The position numbers and the translations under genes were made by a program. The notes under the pieces are model-generated. The model saw nothing but the letters and a program-made list of their open reading frames with translations. It did no database searches and had not been told where the DNA came from. Shown here in pieces: positions 1 through 9,803 of a stretch of DNA of 64,000 nucleotides; within the stretch, counting starts at the first letter, position 1, and every line of letters starts with the position of its first letter. The stretch comes from Coleofasciculus sp. B1-GNL1-01 (GTDB taxonomy: Bacteria; Cyanobacteriota; Cyanobacteriia; Cyanobacteriales; Coleofasciculaceae): NCBI GenBank assembly GCA_040220235.1, contig JAVJTO010000088.1. The stretch is one strand, 5' to 3'.

Positions 1-770
1 GTATGAGTGTCAGTCGTCAACTGCAAAAACCGCTGCAAATTCAGGAATATTGGGATGTGGATCTCAGTAGTAATGATAACTGCTCGGCTTATTTTCAGGA
101 CTATTTATTAGAGCAAATTGATAGTCCCTTAGTTTTAGGCTTGGATACGGTTGATCGCCTCTTTCCTCATTTAGCGATCGCTCAAGACTTTTTTGGTATG
201 CTACGGGCATGGCATGAGGATAGTAAAATTCTGGATAATTGGCAGAAACTGCGGTTAATTGTCTCTCATTCGACGGAAGCTTATATTCCCCTAGATATCA
301 ATCACTCGCCGTTTAATGTGGGATTAACTGTTTCTTTGCCAGAATTTACCGCCGAACAAGTCACTGAGTTAGCCCAAAAGCATGGACAGGTATTCAATCA
401 GGCTGATGTCAGTTTATTAATGAATCGGGTAGGCGGACATCCCGGCTTAATTAAAAAAGCGTTATTTGAACTCAAAACCTTACAGAATACGACTCTAACA
501 CAGCTATTAAATGAAGCGGCGACAGATTCTGGTATTTATGGAAATTATTTACGCAAGATTTGGCTAGAATTGCAGGAAAATCCAGCATTAATTCCGGCGC
601 TAAAAAAAGTAGTGGCTGCCAGCAATAGCGTAGAATTAGCGTCAAAACTTGCCTACCAGCTTGAAAGTCTGGGATTGGTAGATTTAAACGGAAATAGAGT
701 AACAATCAGATGTGAGCTTTATCGTGACTATTTTGGCTCTCGCTTGGCGAATTTTGGGGAGGGTTTGTAA
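1..770 (+). CDS. AAA_35 (STAND-like) ATPase, soluble partner type; 5' end outside window
   Basis: Walker B-like LGLDTVD plus FFGMLRAWHE, SPFNVG and GGHP motifs; close paralog of the C-terminal part of 17447-18715. Confidence 0.85.
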   Translation, partial: MSVSRQLQKPLQIQEYWDVDLSSNDNCSAYFQDYLLEQIDSPLVLGLDTVDRLFPHLAIAQDFFGMLRAWHEDSKILDNWQKLRLIVSHSTEAYIPLDINHSPFNVGLTVSLPEFTAEQVTELAQKHGQVFNQADVSLLMNRVGGHPGLIKKALFELKTLQNTTLTQLLNEAATDSGIYGNYLRKIWLELQENPALIPALKKVVAASNSVELASKLAYQLESLGLVDLNGNRVTIRCELYRDYFGSRLANFGEGL

Positions 771-880
771 GCTGTCATGCATTTAAATTGGGTATTAGTA
801 GCGAGCAAGATGCAAAGCCTGCGGCATGGCTTCGCTAAACCCACTACAAGGATTGCGCCATTATTGATATTAAGGTTTAA
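768..880 (+). mobile_element. MITE family M1 (AGCTGT...ACAGCT), right end truncated
   Basis: Near-identical to 60754-60881 up to GGTTTAA; its TA+A start forms the stop codon of the upstream gene. Confidence 0.85.
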
Positions 881-1036
881 GCAACAGAGAATAATAACAA
901 ATGACCAATGACACTTAAAATCCTAATCATCCTATCTTGATGAGAGAACTTTCCTTGTCTGTGTAATCAGTGTCAATAAGCTCTCACCTCCTACCCCTAT
1001 CTCCCCAATAAATCCGTGAAATCAGTGTTTTGACAA

Positions 1037-3526
1037 ATGACCAATGACTATCATGTAGGCGGAAGCTTACCACCAAATGCAACAAGCTATGTCATGCGTT
1101 CAGCAGATAAAGAACTCTATGAGGGATTAAAAGCCGGAGAATTTTGCTACGTGCTAAATTCCCGACAAATGGGCAAATCCAGCTTACGAGTAAACACCCA
1201 AAAACGCCTGGAAGCCGCAGGAATTGCCTGTGCGGTAGTTGATTTAACTCGAATTGGAAGTCAGGCGAATGAACAACAATGGTACAAGGGAATTGCTTAT
1301 CGTTTAGTCAGTGAATTACGACTGGCGAATCGCGTCAAATGGAAACTGTGGTGGGATGAACATGACTCCTTATCACCTGTACAGCGGTTGGGAGAATTTA
1401 TTGAAGCGGTTGTCCTAGACATTATCCCTCAAAATTTAGTCATTTTTATCGATGAAATCGACAGTACCCTAAATTTATCCTTCCCCACCGATGATTTCTT
1501 TGCCTTAATTCGATCCTACTATAATGGACGAGATACGAAGCAACGCTATCAGCGTTTAACCTTTGCCTTGTTAGGAGTAGCCAGCCCATCGGATTTAATC
1601 CAAGATAAAACGAAAACACCGTTTAATATTGGCAAAGCGATAGAATTACGGGGGTTTAAACTCAATGAAGCGCTGATTTTAACCAAAGGATTTGCAGGAA
1701 GGGTTAAGCATCCACGAAAAGTGCTGGAAGCGATATTATATTGGACAGGGGGTCAACCCTTTCTTACCCAAAAATTGTGTCATTTGGTACAACTGTCCTG
1801 TGACTCTCAGTTAGACAAAATTATCGACAAGGGAAGGTTGAGTCAAGTTATCGATTGCTGCGATAATTTTAGCCGTAAACCTCTAAGGATAAATCCGGCG
1901 AATTTCCCTAGATTAGGGGGTTTATCAAGAAGGCTTATGAGTAAAATTCGCCCCGACAACAATGAACGGGAATTCGTGAAACAAATCGTGCGATCGCAGA
2001 TTCTGCTAAACTGGGAATTCACCGATCATCCCGAACATCTGAGAACGATACGCGATCGCATCCTCCTTAGTCACCATGGTTCAATCCCCTTACTTCGCCT
2101 CTATCAGCAAATCCTACACCGAGGAGAAATTCCCACCGATGAGAGTCACACCCAACAGGAATTGCTACTCTCTGGATTAGTAGTTCAGCGTCAGGGTAAA
2201 CTCAGGGTTCATAACCCCATCTACAAATCCATCTTTAATCGCCAATGGGTCAAATCCCAACTTCCAGCACAAAATGAGCATTCTGTCAAGACCCCAGCTT
2301 GGACAATTCCGATCCTGAGTGGAGTTGTCAGCGTGGTGGTGATTGGCGTGCGATCGCTTGGCTTATTGCAAGGGTTAGAATTACAAGCCTTGGATGGATT
2401 AATCCGATTGCGCCCAACCGAAGCCTTAGACTCGCGCCTCTTGCTGGTGAAAATAACCGAAGCCGATATCAACCAATACCGCTATCCGTTATCCGATGAC
2501 ATTCTAGTCCAATTATTGCAGAAACTGGAATCAATGCAACCGCGAGTAATCGGCTTAGACATCTATCGAGATAACCCCATTCATTATCGCGATCGTACAG
2601 TAGAATCGTCCTTCGATTTACCCACCTATCTACGCCAAACCAATCAGGTGATTCATATCTGTAAAGTTAGCAGTGAAAGCGATCAAGGAACCGCCTCCTT
2701 CCCCAATCTTCCCTGGCAAAATCTCGGCTTTAGTAACGTATTAGTGGACAGCAACAACACCGAAACGGGTTCACTACGCCGCCAGTTATTATATCAAAAA
2801 GTCCCTTCAATTTCACCCTGTCCCACCCCCTACGCCCTCAACGTTCAACTCGCCTTTCGCTATTTAGCCGCCGAGAAAATTTTACCCAAATTTACCGCCA
2901 AAAACGGCAACTTACAGCTTAAGGATGTTATCTTTACCGATTTAAACCCCCGTGCTGGCGGATATCAACGCTATGATTCTAGAGGTCAACAAATCCTCCT
3001 CAACTACCGTGCGGTTCAACCCATCGCCCAATCCGTAACCTTAACCGAAGTTCTCCAAGGTAAAATTAATCCCCAATGGGTCAAGAATCGAGTAATATTA
3101 ATAGGCGTTACCGCCACCAGCATCAAAGATAGCTTCTCTACCCCCTACGGTGAAATGCGCGGCTTAGAAATTCAGGCGCATGGGGTGAGTCAGATACTCA
3201 GCGCGGTACTCGATCAACGTCCCTTAATTCAACCGGGGAATTTCTGGAGTGAAGTATTGTGGATTGGCGGATGTTCTTTCATCGGCGGACTATTGATTCA
3301 GTTAATCCCCAAACGCCCCTACCAAATCCTCGCCTTATGTACAGCATTAGTTTTATTATCAGGACTCAGTTTAATTCTATTAATTCACGGTTATTGGATA
3401 CCCCTAATCCCATCCGCGATCGCCTTAATGGTTTGTAGTAATGTTTGTAGTAATGTTTGTAGTAAGGGCTTTAGCCTTTTACCAGCCTCAAATCGTGACG
3501 ACACAAGTATAACAAAAAACAAATAA
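1037..3526 (+). CDS. AAA_35 ATPase-CHASE2 membrane receptor
   Basis: [37 protein letters not shown] helix; CHASE2 motifs [27 protein letters not shown]; three C-terminal TM helices. Confidence 0.9.
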   Translation: MTNDYHVGGSLPPNATSYVMRSADKELYEGLKAGEFCYVLNSRQMGKSSLRVNTQKRLEAAGIACAVVDLTRIGSQANEQQWYKGIAYRLVSELRLANRVKWKLWWDEHDSLSPVQRLGEFIEAVVLDIIPQNLVIFIDEIDSTLNLSFPTDDFFALIRSYYNGRDTKQRYQRLTFALLGVASPSDLIQDKTKTPFNIGKAIELRGFKLNEALILTKGFAGRVKHPRKVLEAILYWTGGQPFLTQKLCHLVQLSCDSQLDKIIDKGRLSQVIDCCDNFSRKPLRINPANFPRLGGLSRRLMSKIRPDNNEREFVKQIVRSQILLNWEFTDHPEHLRTIRDRILLSHHGSIPLLRLYQQILHRGEIPTDESHTQQELLLSGLVVQRQGKLRVHNPIYKSIFNRQWVKSQLPAQNEHSVKTPAWTIPILSGVVSVVVIGVRSLGLLQGLELQALDGLIRLRPTEALDSRLLLVKITEADINQYRYPLSDDILVQLLQKLESMQPRVIGLDIYRDNPIHYRDRTVESSFDLPTYLRQTNQVIHICKVSSESDQGTASFPNLPWQNLGFSNVLVDSNNTETGSLRRQLLYQKVPSISPCPTPYALNVQLAFRYLAAEKILPKFTAKNGNLQLKDVIFTDLNPRAGGYQRYDSRGQQILLNYRAVQPIAQSVTLTEVLQGKINPQWVKNRVILIGVTATSIKDSFSTPYGEMRGLEIQAHGVSQILSAVLDQRPLIQPGNFWSEVLWIGGCSFIGGLLIQLIPKRPYQILALCTALVLLSGLSLILLIHGYWIPLIPSAIALMVCSNVCSNVCSKGFSLLPASNRDDTSITKNK
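1829..1957 (+). repeat. Degenerate REP-like family A element read in frame inside the AAA_35 domain
   Basis: Ends AAGGGAAGGTT / AAATTCGCCCCGAC resemble family A ends; the protein is about 42 aa longer here than the paralog at 19622. Confidence 0.6.
3431..3480 (+). repeat. 3x 12-bp tandem GTTTGTAGTAAT followed by hairpin AGGGCTTTAGCCTT
   Basis: Read directly; encodes [12 protein letters not shown]; a single-copy relative GTAGTAAGGGCTTCAGCCCT lies near 56077. Confidence 0.8.
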
Positions 3527-3542
3527 AAAGGACAAACAACAA

Positions 3543-4283
3543 ATGACAAACAAACTATTCAACCTTGCCATTATACCCCTTCTAATCATCGCCCAGAAAT
3601 CCCCCCTCGACGCCCTCATCTTCAATCAACCACCACCCCCACCGGATAAAGACACACCGGGACAACAAGCGGATTCAGGAACCCGTGGACCCTGTGACGC
3701 ACAGCCCTCCGCAACCGATAAGCAATTAGTCGCCTTTGTCCCCACCATAGAAAAAACCCGGAACAGCTTACCAGAAACTCATGTTTGGGGATTAACCCAG
3801 AGTCAACATCCAACATTTTGGTTTTATCTTCCCGCCACAGCAGCATCGGCTCAAGTCGCCCAATTTAGCCTCGAAAATGAAGCAGATTACCAATCCAACT
3901 TTCAATTCAATCTCCCCCAAACTCCCGGAATTATTAGCCTAGCCATCCCCACCAATGAACCCCCACTAGAACCCGGACAATGGTATTATTGGTCACTGAA
4001 ACTCTATTGTCAGACTCAACCCTCAACACCTAACTTTTTTGTTGATGGCTGGATTCAACGGGTACAAAATGACACACCCTTTAACAGTGATACGCCCCAA
4101 GATAAAATAGTCATTTATGCTCAAAACGGTTTATGGTTTGACACCATCACCGAACTAGCCAACCTGCACCGCCAAACACCCCAAGAAACGGAGCCAGCCT
4201 GGGCAGATTTACTAGAATATATCGGTTGGGAATCCCTTGCTGAAAAGCCAATTCTACCCTGCTGCACCCTAGAAAAACAGTAG
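3543..4283 (+). CDS. DUF928 domain protein (exported)
   Basis: Signal peptide, PPPPP-GTRGPC, HPTFWFYLP, GWIQRV, GLWFD motifs; directly downstream of a CHASE2 gene. Confidence 0.9.
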   Translation: MTNKLFNLAIIPLLIIAQKSPLDALIFNQPPPPPDKDTPGQQADSGTRGPCDAQPSATDKQLVAFVPTIEKTRNSLPETHVWGLTQSQHPTFWFYLPATAASAQVAQFSLENEADYQSNFQFNLPQTPGIISLAIPTNEPPLEPGQWYYWSLKLYCQTQPSTPNFFVDGWIQRVQNDTPFNSDTPQDKIVIYAQNGLWFDTITELANLHRQTPQETEPAWADLLEYIGWESLAEKPILPCCTLEKQ

Positions 4284-4405
4284 AAAAACTCCTCACATCT
4301 GACAACGACAAACCCTCTCTGCGTACCTCTGCGTAAAAAAAACATAATCATAATATCAATAACTAGGAGAGTAGAAGTTCAGGGAGGTAATGAGTATTGT
4401 CAGGT

Positions 4406-4762
4406 TCAAATGGGTAAGTAAATAATTTGGTCTTGATATTCGTCATCTAAAGCTCCTTCAGCAATAAGTATTAGTTCATTGATTGTTTCACCAATACCCA
4501 TATCAGGGTTTAAAATAAAAATTCCTGGTACGTGGCGACCTTGACTGAGGTGATCAGCTAAATGCACGGGCATTGAAGTACGATTATTAGTAACTAGAAT
4601 AAAGTTATGCTCTTCACACCAAATTAGGATTTCTGGATCTAATGTGCTTTTCACCGGAGTAGAGGGTTCTCCAACTGCCCGGATCACCAACTTTGGTTCT
4701 CGTCGTCGCAGTTGATTAATATAGATTGGATTCATATTTTCATCCATTAGATACTTGAGCAT
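4406..4762 (-). CDS. DUF5615 PIN-like toxin
   Basis: YLMDENM, DPEILIW, ILVTNN motifs; follows DUF433 gene. Confidence 0.85.
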   Translation of the reverse strand: MLKYLMDENMNPIYINQLRRREPKLVIRAVGEPSTPVKSTLDPEILIWCEEHNFILVTNNRTSMPVHLADHLSQGRHVPGIFILNPDMGIGETINELILIAEGALDDEYQDQIIYLPI

Positions 4763-4769
4763 TATTTCT

Positions 4770-5093
4770 CTAATTTATTGCCTCGCTTTCCGCCTTTAAT
4801 TGCATGAGTTTTCTCACGACAGGTGATGGATTACGTCGTTGCTCTTGCCGCATTTTTTGCCCCCACTCTAACCAATCTTCTATATAGTTACTAACTGTTT
4901 CTTGATTATGCAGATAATAAAGAATTGTGGCATAAACTTGTTCTAGGGAAAGAGTAGTATAAATTTTGGCAATTTCTTCTGGAGTACGAGCGCGATAAAT
5001 GTACTCATACAAGATTGTCTCAATTCCGATCCGCGAACCTTTAAGCCTTATGTCATTGGGAGCGAGAATATTAAAATAGTCTTCGAGTTGCAT
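4770..5093 (-). CDS. DUF433 antitoxin
   Basis: LKGSRIGIETI...PEEIA...LSLEQVYATILYY. Confidence 0.85.
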   Translation of the reverse strand: MQLEDYFNILAPNDIRLKGSRIGIETILYEYIYRARTPEEIAKIYTTLSLEQVYATILYYLHNQETVSNYIEDWLEWGQKMRQEQRRNPSPVVRKLMQLKAESEAIN

Positions 5094-5300
5094 ATTGGGC
5101 TACCCGCTATTCAAAGTTAAAACGCAAAATGTAGTATTACTATACCATTTTATCCTCTTATAGCGCTACGTGCTAGAGAATAGGCAATAGCCAATAGTGA
5201 TTATAGGGCATGGCAATGCCATGCCCCTACCAAAGGGTAGAGATCATTAATTTGATTAGGTAGGGACACGATACTATCATGCCCTCATCTAGCGATAAAT

Positions 5301-8300
5301 TCATCCTGGAAACAGCGAAAGCCAATTGCCAATTAAAACAAAAGGTGCCCAATAATAGGGATGTTTATAATTCGCATTGGTTAAAAACGCCTTCTGAACT
5401 TGTTGTATCGCTTCCGCTTTGCTCATCGGTTCCGTGGAATTAGTTAACTGTTGATAAAGCAACTGAATAAAAGCAGTCGTTGATTGATCATTCACTTCCC
5501 ATAACGTCGCAATCGTACTCCGCGCCCCAGCCCGAACCGCTATTCCCGCCAGCCCTAATGTCGCCCGATTATCCCCATTAGCGGTTTGACAAGCACTCAA
5601 CACTAACAGTTCAATCGGATCAGGTAAACTTTCCTCGCGACTTTTGAGATAATGACTTAATTCATTCACCTGAATTCGTTTATCCCATGCCAAAATAAAG
5701 GTTTCATTGGGATTAGAACTAAATTGTCCGTGGGTGGCAAAATGAACAATAGAAAAGGGGCGAGCGTTGATTTGATTTTGCAGGGCTTGACTGGTAAATG
5801 CATCATTGAGTAGCGTTACATCTGACGGAATTTGTGATAGTTCGGCTTCAACATTGGCGAGGGATTGAAAGCTTTTATGAGGGGCAAAACCGGAGCGCAC
5901 CTGAGAGAGTCCAAAAGCCAGCGTCTGTAAGGGGTACTGGGAGAGGGGTACAGGGGCGAGTAATTGGGGTTCTCGATTTAGCGCGATCGCATATTTTTCA
6001 ATTAGGTACTGGTTCCCATCCCAAAGCACTGCCATGGGAATGGTTTGTAAGGCACCATCAAGGACAAAAACCAAGGTGTTTATCCTATTCGCTTTAAGCT
6101 GGGATTCAAAGGGAGCAATTAACCAATTATAGATGGGTTGCGAGGTATTTTGAATCGCTTGACTATAGCGAGAAGTCCGTTGGGGATTGGTAAGTTGAGT
6201 GCGGAGTTGATCAACTCTTTCTTCCACCTGACGGGGGGAAAGTTTGACGCGATGGTGTTGTAAAGTTGCACCCGCCAAAATTTCAGTGGGATTCGATTTA
6301 GAATGACTGGGGTTAATTTTCGATCGCCATGGTGTAGAGACGTTGCATGCAACGTCTCTACAGTGTTGACAGTTGTCGTCGTTAATTTTGTTACATTCCG
6401 AGGGTTGAGGTAATTTAAGGATAACCTCTAATCGATTATCTAAAAGAATGGTATAAATAACCGCCGTATTCGGGGCATGTTCATCAACAATTTGGTCAAT
6501 CAAAGCCGGATCTGATGATGCACAGGCTTCTTGTAAGTAGTTCTCTAATTCCGCTAATTGCAGTTGAGCTAAAACCTCTCTGGCTTGGATTAAATTTTGC
6601 GGAGATGGCGTTTCATCTCGCAAAAGCAAATCAATTAATTCTCGATAAATCGGCTCAACTTCATCGCGAAATGAAAAGCGAACATCAGGATTGAGAGTGG
6701 CTAAATCTTGGCGAATCGTATTGAGTGTATTGACCGCCGCTTGATAAGCCGCGATCGCGGAGCGTGTTCTTTCAGAACGTATCGCGCCCAATTCTCCTTC
6801 AATGTTTCCCTGGGCTTTCCGCAAGCGTCCCAGTTGCCATTGCCATTGATAAGCAATATCCCACGCCTGAATCGATTGGCTAATTTGAATCGCTTGATTA
6901 GTTAATTCCTGGGCATTGTCCAGGTTCTGAGTGGATTCATAGAGTTTACCACTAATCCCCGTCACATAAGCCTCACTGCGCCGATCCTCTACATCCTGGG
7001 TTTGTTGAATAATTTGTTGATTTTTGTCAAAGGTTGCGGTTAATAAACCCTCCAATCTTGTCCAAATGCTATGGCGATAAATGGTGGGAACCTGTACCTG
7101 GTTTTGGTTAACCGTTTCCTTAATTTGGTTTAAAGTAACCAGCAGTTGAGCAAACTGAATTTGGCAATCAATAGCGGTGTGATTAGGAGGTAATGTAGTG
7201 ATCTTGGCTTGAACTTGGGTTAAATTCGGCAGTTGCGGTACAAGTTTTTCCTGCCACCAGGTTTGAGCATTTGACCAGTGACGTTGCTTAAGTAACCAGT
7301 GTTGGGTATTGAATAAAACACTCAGGTAATTTAGCTGAGATTGGAGCGTAATTAGGGACGAATTAGATAGAGTTATTGCCTGTTGATAATAATCGCCAGC
7401 TTGAGCCACAGCATCCAGAACAGGTTGAATGTTCTGGAGAGAGGGGCGAGTTCTTTCGTAGAGACTGCGCTGGTGATGATAAGTATCCTTCGCCCAGTTT
7501 CCCAACTGGAAATACGCTTCAGCCATCGCTTCTGTATTGTCCAAGCTTTGCGCCAGAGTCAAACTTTTATCTAATAAGTATTTAGATTGCTCTAAGTTAG
7601 TTAAAGTATTGAACTGGAAAGATTGTTTTAAAGATAACCAATTGGGATCAGACAGATTAGAATTACCCACAACCCGCACCAATTCTCCTAAACGAGACCA
7701 AGCCGTAAATTTAAGCAAAGAATCCGGTTGGCGTTGCAGACGTATAGTTGCCAGAGTTAACGTTTTAAATGCCTCCCGTAACTGTCCTAGACTTTGTTGA
7801 GCTTGAGCTTGATTAATCAAGCTACCAATACTTCCGGTTTCATCTCCCAAGCGGGTGTAGAGGCGATGTACCTTTTCCCAAGTTTGTCGAGCATCAGCCG
7901 CATTTCCCAGAGCGAGTTGCAAATGTCCTTGATTATTAAGAACTTGAGCCAAAATTAAAGATTTATCCGGAGAATCAGGAAGAGATTGGAGTTGGTTAAA
8001 ACTGAGTGCGATCGCGTCTTTCGCCTCTTGCCATTTTCCCAATTCTTGGAAACCCAAAGCCAGATAACTTAAGACTCGCGCTTGTTGAAGTTGATTCCCT
8101 TCATCAGCCAATAGAGATACCGCATCTTGCCAGAGACTTACCGCCTCGATAAATTGTCCATTTTGATAATACCCTTGACCTTGTTCAATCAAAGTCTTGC
8201 TATCAACAATAGGACTTTGGCTAAGAATTCGCGGAGGTTCGGTACTAAGTACCGATTGACCAATGAGATAAGGTTGACCCAAGCCAATCAACAGAGTCAA

Positions 8301-8348
8301 ACAGAAACCAATCAGACCATATTTAAAGAATAAATTCATAAGAGTCAT
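5301..8348 (-). CDS. Exported TPR-CHAT (caspase-like) protease
   Basis: Signal peptide, TPR repeats, FSFRDEVEPIYR, HFATHG and LSACQT catalytic dyad, HPYYWAPF end. Confidence 0.92.
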   Translation of the reverse strand: MTLMNLFFKYGLIGFCLTLLIGLGQPYLIGQSVLSTEPPRILSQSPIVDSKTLIEQGQGYYQNGQFIEAVSLWQDAVSLLADEGNQLQQARVLSYLALGFQELGKWQEAKDAIALSFNQLQSLPDSPDKSLILAQVLNNQGHLQLALGNAADARQTWEKVHRLYTRLGDETGSIGSLINQAQAQQSLGQLREAFKTLTLATIRLQRQPDSLLKFTAWSRLGELVRVVGNSNLSDPNWLSLKQSFQFNTLTNLEQSKYLLDKSLTLAQSLDNTEAMAEAYFQLGNWAKDTYHHQRSLYERTRPSLQNIQPVLDAVAQAGDYYQQAITLSNSSLITLQSQLNYLSVLFNTQHWLLKQRHWSNAQTWWQEKLVPQLPNLTQVQAKITTLPPNHTAIDCQIQFAQLLVTLNQIKETVNQNQVQVPTIYRHSIWTRLEGLLTATFDKNQQIIQQTQDVEDRRSEAYVTGISGKLYESTQNLDNAQELTNQAIQISQSIQAWDIAYQWQWQLGRLRKAQGNIEGELGAIRSERTRSAIAAYQAAVNTLNTIRQDLATLNPDVRFSFRDEVEPIYRELIDLLLRDETPSPQNLIQAREVLAQLQLAELENYLQEACASSDPALIDQIVDEHAPNTAVIYTILLDNRLEVILKLPQPSECNKINDDNCQHCRDVACNVSTPWRSKINPSHSKSNPTEILAGATLQHHRVKLSPRQVEERVDQLRTQLTNPQRTSRYSQAIQNTSQPIYNWLIAPFESQLKANRINTLVFVLDGALQTIPMAVLWDGNQYLIEKYAIALNREPQLLAPVPLSQYPLQTLAFGLSQVRSGFAPHKSFQSLANVEAELSQIPSDVTLLNDAFTSQALQNQINARPFSIVHFATHGQFSSNPNETFILAWDKRIQVNELSHYLKSREESLPDPIELLVLSACQTANGDNRATLGLAGIAVRAGARSTIATLWEVNDQSTTAFIQLLYQQLTNSTEPMSKAEAIQQVQKAFLTNANYKHPYYWAPFVLIGNWLSLFPG
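6333..6362. repeat. REP-like family B perfect 30-bp palindrome inside the CHAT gene
   Basis: TGTAGAGACGTTGCATGCAACGTCTCTACA; relatives at 14754, 25949, 41765, 50045. Confidence 0.9.
6751..6785 (-). mobile_element. SDR-like 27-nt insertion at a HIP1 site, in frame
   Basis: Minus strand GCGAT-ACGTTCTGAAAGAACACGCTCC-GCGAT-CGC; adds RSERTRSAI to a TPR. Confidence 0.7.
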
Positions 8349-8360
8349 TCAACCTTGTTC

Positions 8361-8414
8361 GTAATTGCGCTTGTAATTGCGCTTGTAGTTGCGCTTGTAG
8401 TTGCGCTTTAGCGC
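8361..8414 (+). repeat. 4x 12-bp tandem GTARTTGCGCTT ending in hairpin GCGCTTTAGCGC
   Basis: Read directly. Confidence 0.85.
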
Positions 8415-8464
8415 CAGTTCATCGTCACGCTTTCCCCCCAATAGCGACAGAACAAGAAATAGCT

Positions 8465-8796
8465 TAAGCTGTAATGCATTTAAATTGGGTATTAGTAGCA
8501 AGTGGGTATTAGTAGCAAGTGGGTATTAGTCGCAAGTGGGTATTAGTCGCAAGTGAGTATTAGTAGTGAGTGAGTATTAGTCGCAAGTGGGTATTAGTCG
8601 CAAGTGAGTATTAGTAGTGAGTGGGTATTAGTCGCAAGTGAGTATTAGTAGTGAGTGAGTATTAGTCGCAAGTGGGTATTAGTCGCAAGTGAGTATTAGT
8701 AGCGAGCAAGATGCAAAGCCTGCGGCATGGCTTCGCTTAACGCACTACAAGGATTGCGCCATTAATGATATTAAGGTTTAAATGCCGAACAGCTTA
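8465..8796 (+). mobile_element. MITE M1 with an internal 13x 17-bp tandem expansion (8486-8706)
   Basis: TIRs AGCTGT..GCATTTAAA / TTTAAATGC..ACAGCT flanked by TA; unit consensus TGRGTATTAGTMGYRAG. Confidence 0.92.
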
Positions 8797-8901
8797 CCAC
8801 CAACAAATATAGAATGGCGATCGCAGAACTCCTCTCTCTACTCTACACATAACATAATATGATAAAATCACAAAAGTATTCTTCTTGCCCAAAACTAAAA
8901 T

Positions 8902-9177
8902 ATGCGGCTTCAACCCATAAGCACAGAACATATTGCCATCGATCCTGACTATTGCTGCGGTAAACCTCGCATTGCTGGTACAAGAATGCCAGTAGCTACT
9001 ATTACCAAACTCTATCTAGAGATGGGAGAATCCCTAGAAGATATTGCTCAGGAGTATGATTTACCCTTAGCATCCGTTTATGCTGCTATTGCGTATTATT
9101 ACGATCATCGGGAAGAAATTGACCGTCATACAGCCGAAAGTGAAGCTTATGTTGCACAAATGAAGCGTAATAAGTAG
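8902..9177 (+). CDS. DUF433 antitoxin, orphan, C-terminus probably clipped
   Basis: CCGKPRIAGTRMPV...VYAAIAYYYDH; stop lies within the repeat end TAAGTAGGTGG also seen at 54924; no DUF5615 partner follows. Confidence 0.8.
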   Translation: MRLQPISTEHIAIDPDYCCGKPRIAGTRMPVATITKLYLEMGESLEDIAQEYDLPLASVYAAIAYYYDHREEIDRHTAESEAYVAQMKRNK

Positions 9178-9298
9178 GTGGGGACAATTAAAGTTAACGG
9201 TGGAGATCGTCATTCGTCATTCGTCATTTAAGTTCGCGATCGCTGATGCGACTGTTATAATTTATACAGATTCCCAATTGTTAAGGCTTGAGCAATTT

Positions 9299-9688
9299 AT
9301 GGAAACAATAAAAATATCGTCTCAAGGTCAAGTGATACTTCCTAAGTCTCTGCGAGATGCTCATCACTGGGAAGCCGGACTTGAATTAATCGCCATTGAA
9401 ATGGGAGATGGGATTCTTTTGAAACCGAGGAAACCTTTTCCAGAAACAACATTAGATGAAGTCGCAGGCTGTTTAAAGTATAATGGAACGCCTAAAAGTC
9501 TTGAGGACATAGATGAAGCAATTCGCCAAGGTATAAGCTGTTCGGCATTTAAACCTTAATGTCAATCATCATGAAATCCTTGTAGTGCGTTTAGCGAAGC
9601 CATGCCGCAGGCTTTGCATCTTGCTCGCTACTAATACCCAATTTAAATGCATGACAGCTTAGAGGAATTATGGCATGATCGCGATTGA
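9299..9688 (+). pseudogene. AbrB/MazE-type antitoxin interrupted near its 3' end by MITE M1 (current ORF stops at 9559)
   Basis: ISSQGQVILPKSLRD motif; removing the MITE and one TA restores ...RQGIEELWHDRD-stop at 9688. Confidence 0.85.
9534..9661 (-). mobile_element. MITE M1, complete (124 bp plus TA duplication)
   Basis: Reverse complement of the 60754 copy; TA at 9534-9535 and 9660-9661. Confidence 0.92.
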
Positions 9689-9701
9689 TACGAATGTTAT
9701 T
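9675..9701 (+). pseudogene. VapC/PIN toxin 5' remnant
   Basis: MIAIDTNVI is a typical PIN start overlapping the restored antitoxin end; no PIN-like sequence follows. Confidence 0.7.
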
Positions 9702-9803
9702 GATGCTTTGCTTTTATTGCACGGAAGGGAGATAATTCAAAGCCTCTCTCCTCGCAGGAGAGAGGTTTGGAGAGAGGTTTTCCAGATCCCGACTAAAAGT
9801 AAG

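Noticed and set aside
8486..8706. Regular array resembling CRISPR
   Set aside because: 17-bp units are head-to-tail with no unique spacers, lie inside a MITE, and no cas genes are present
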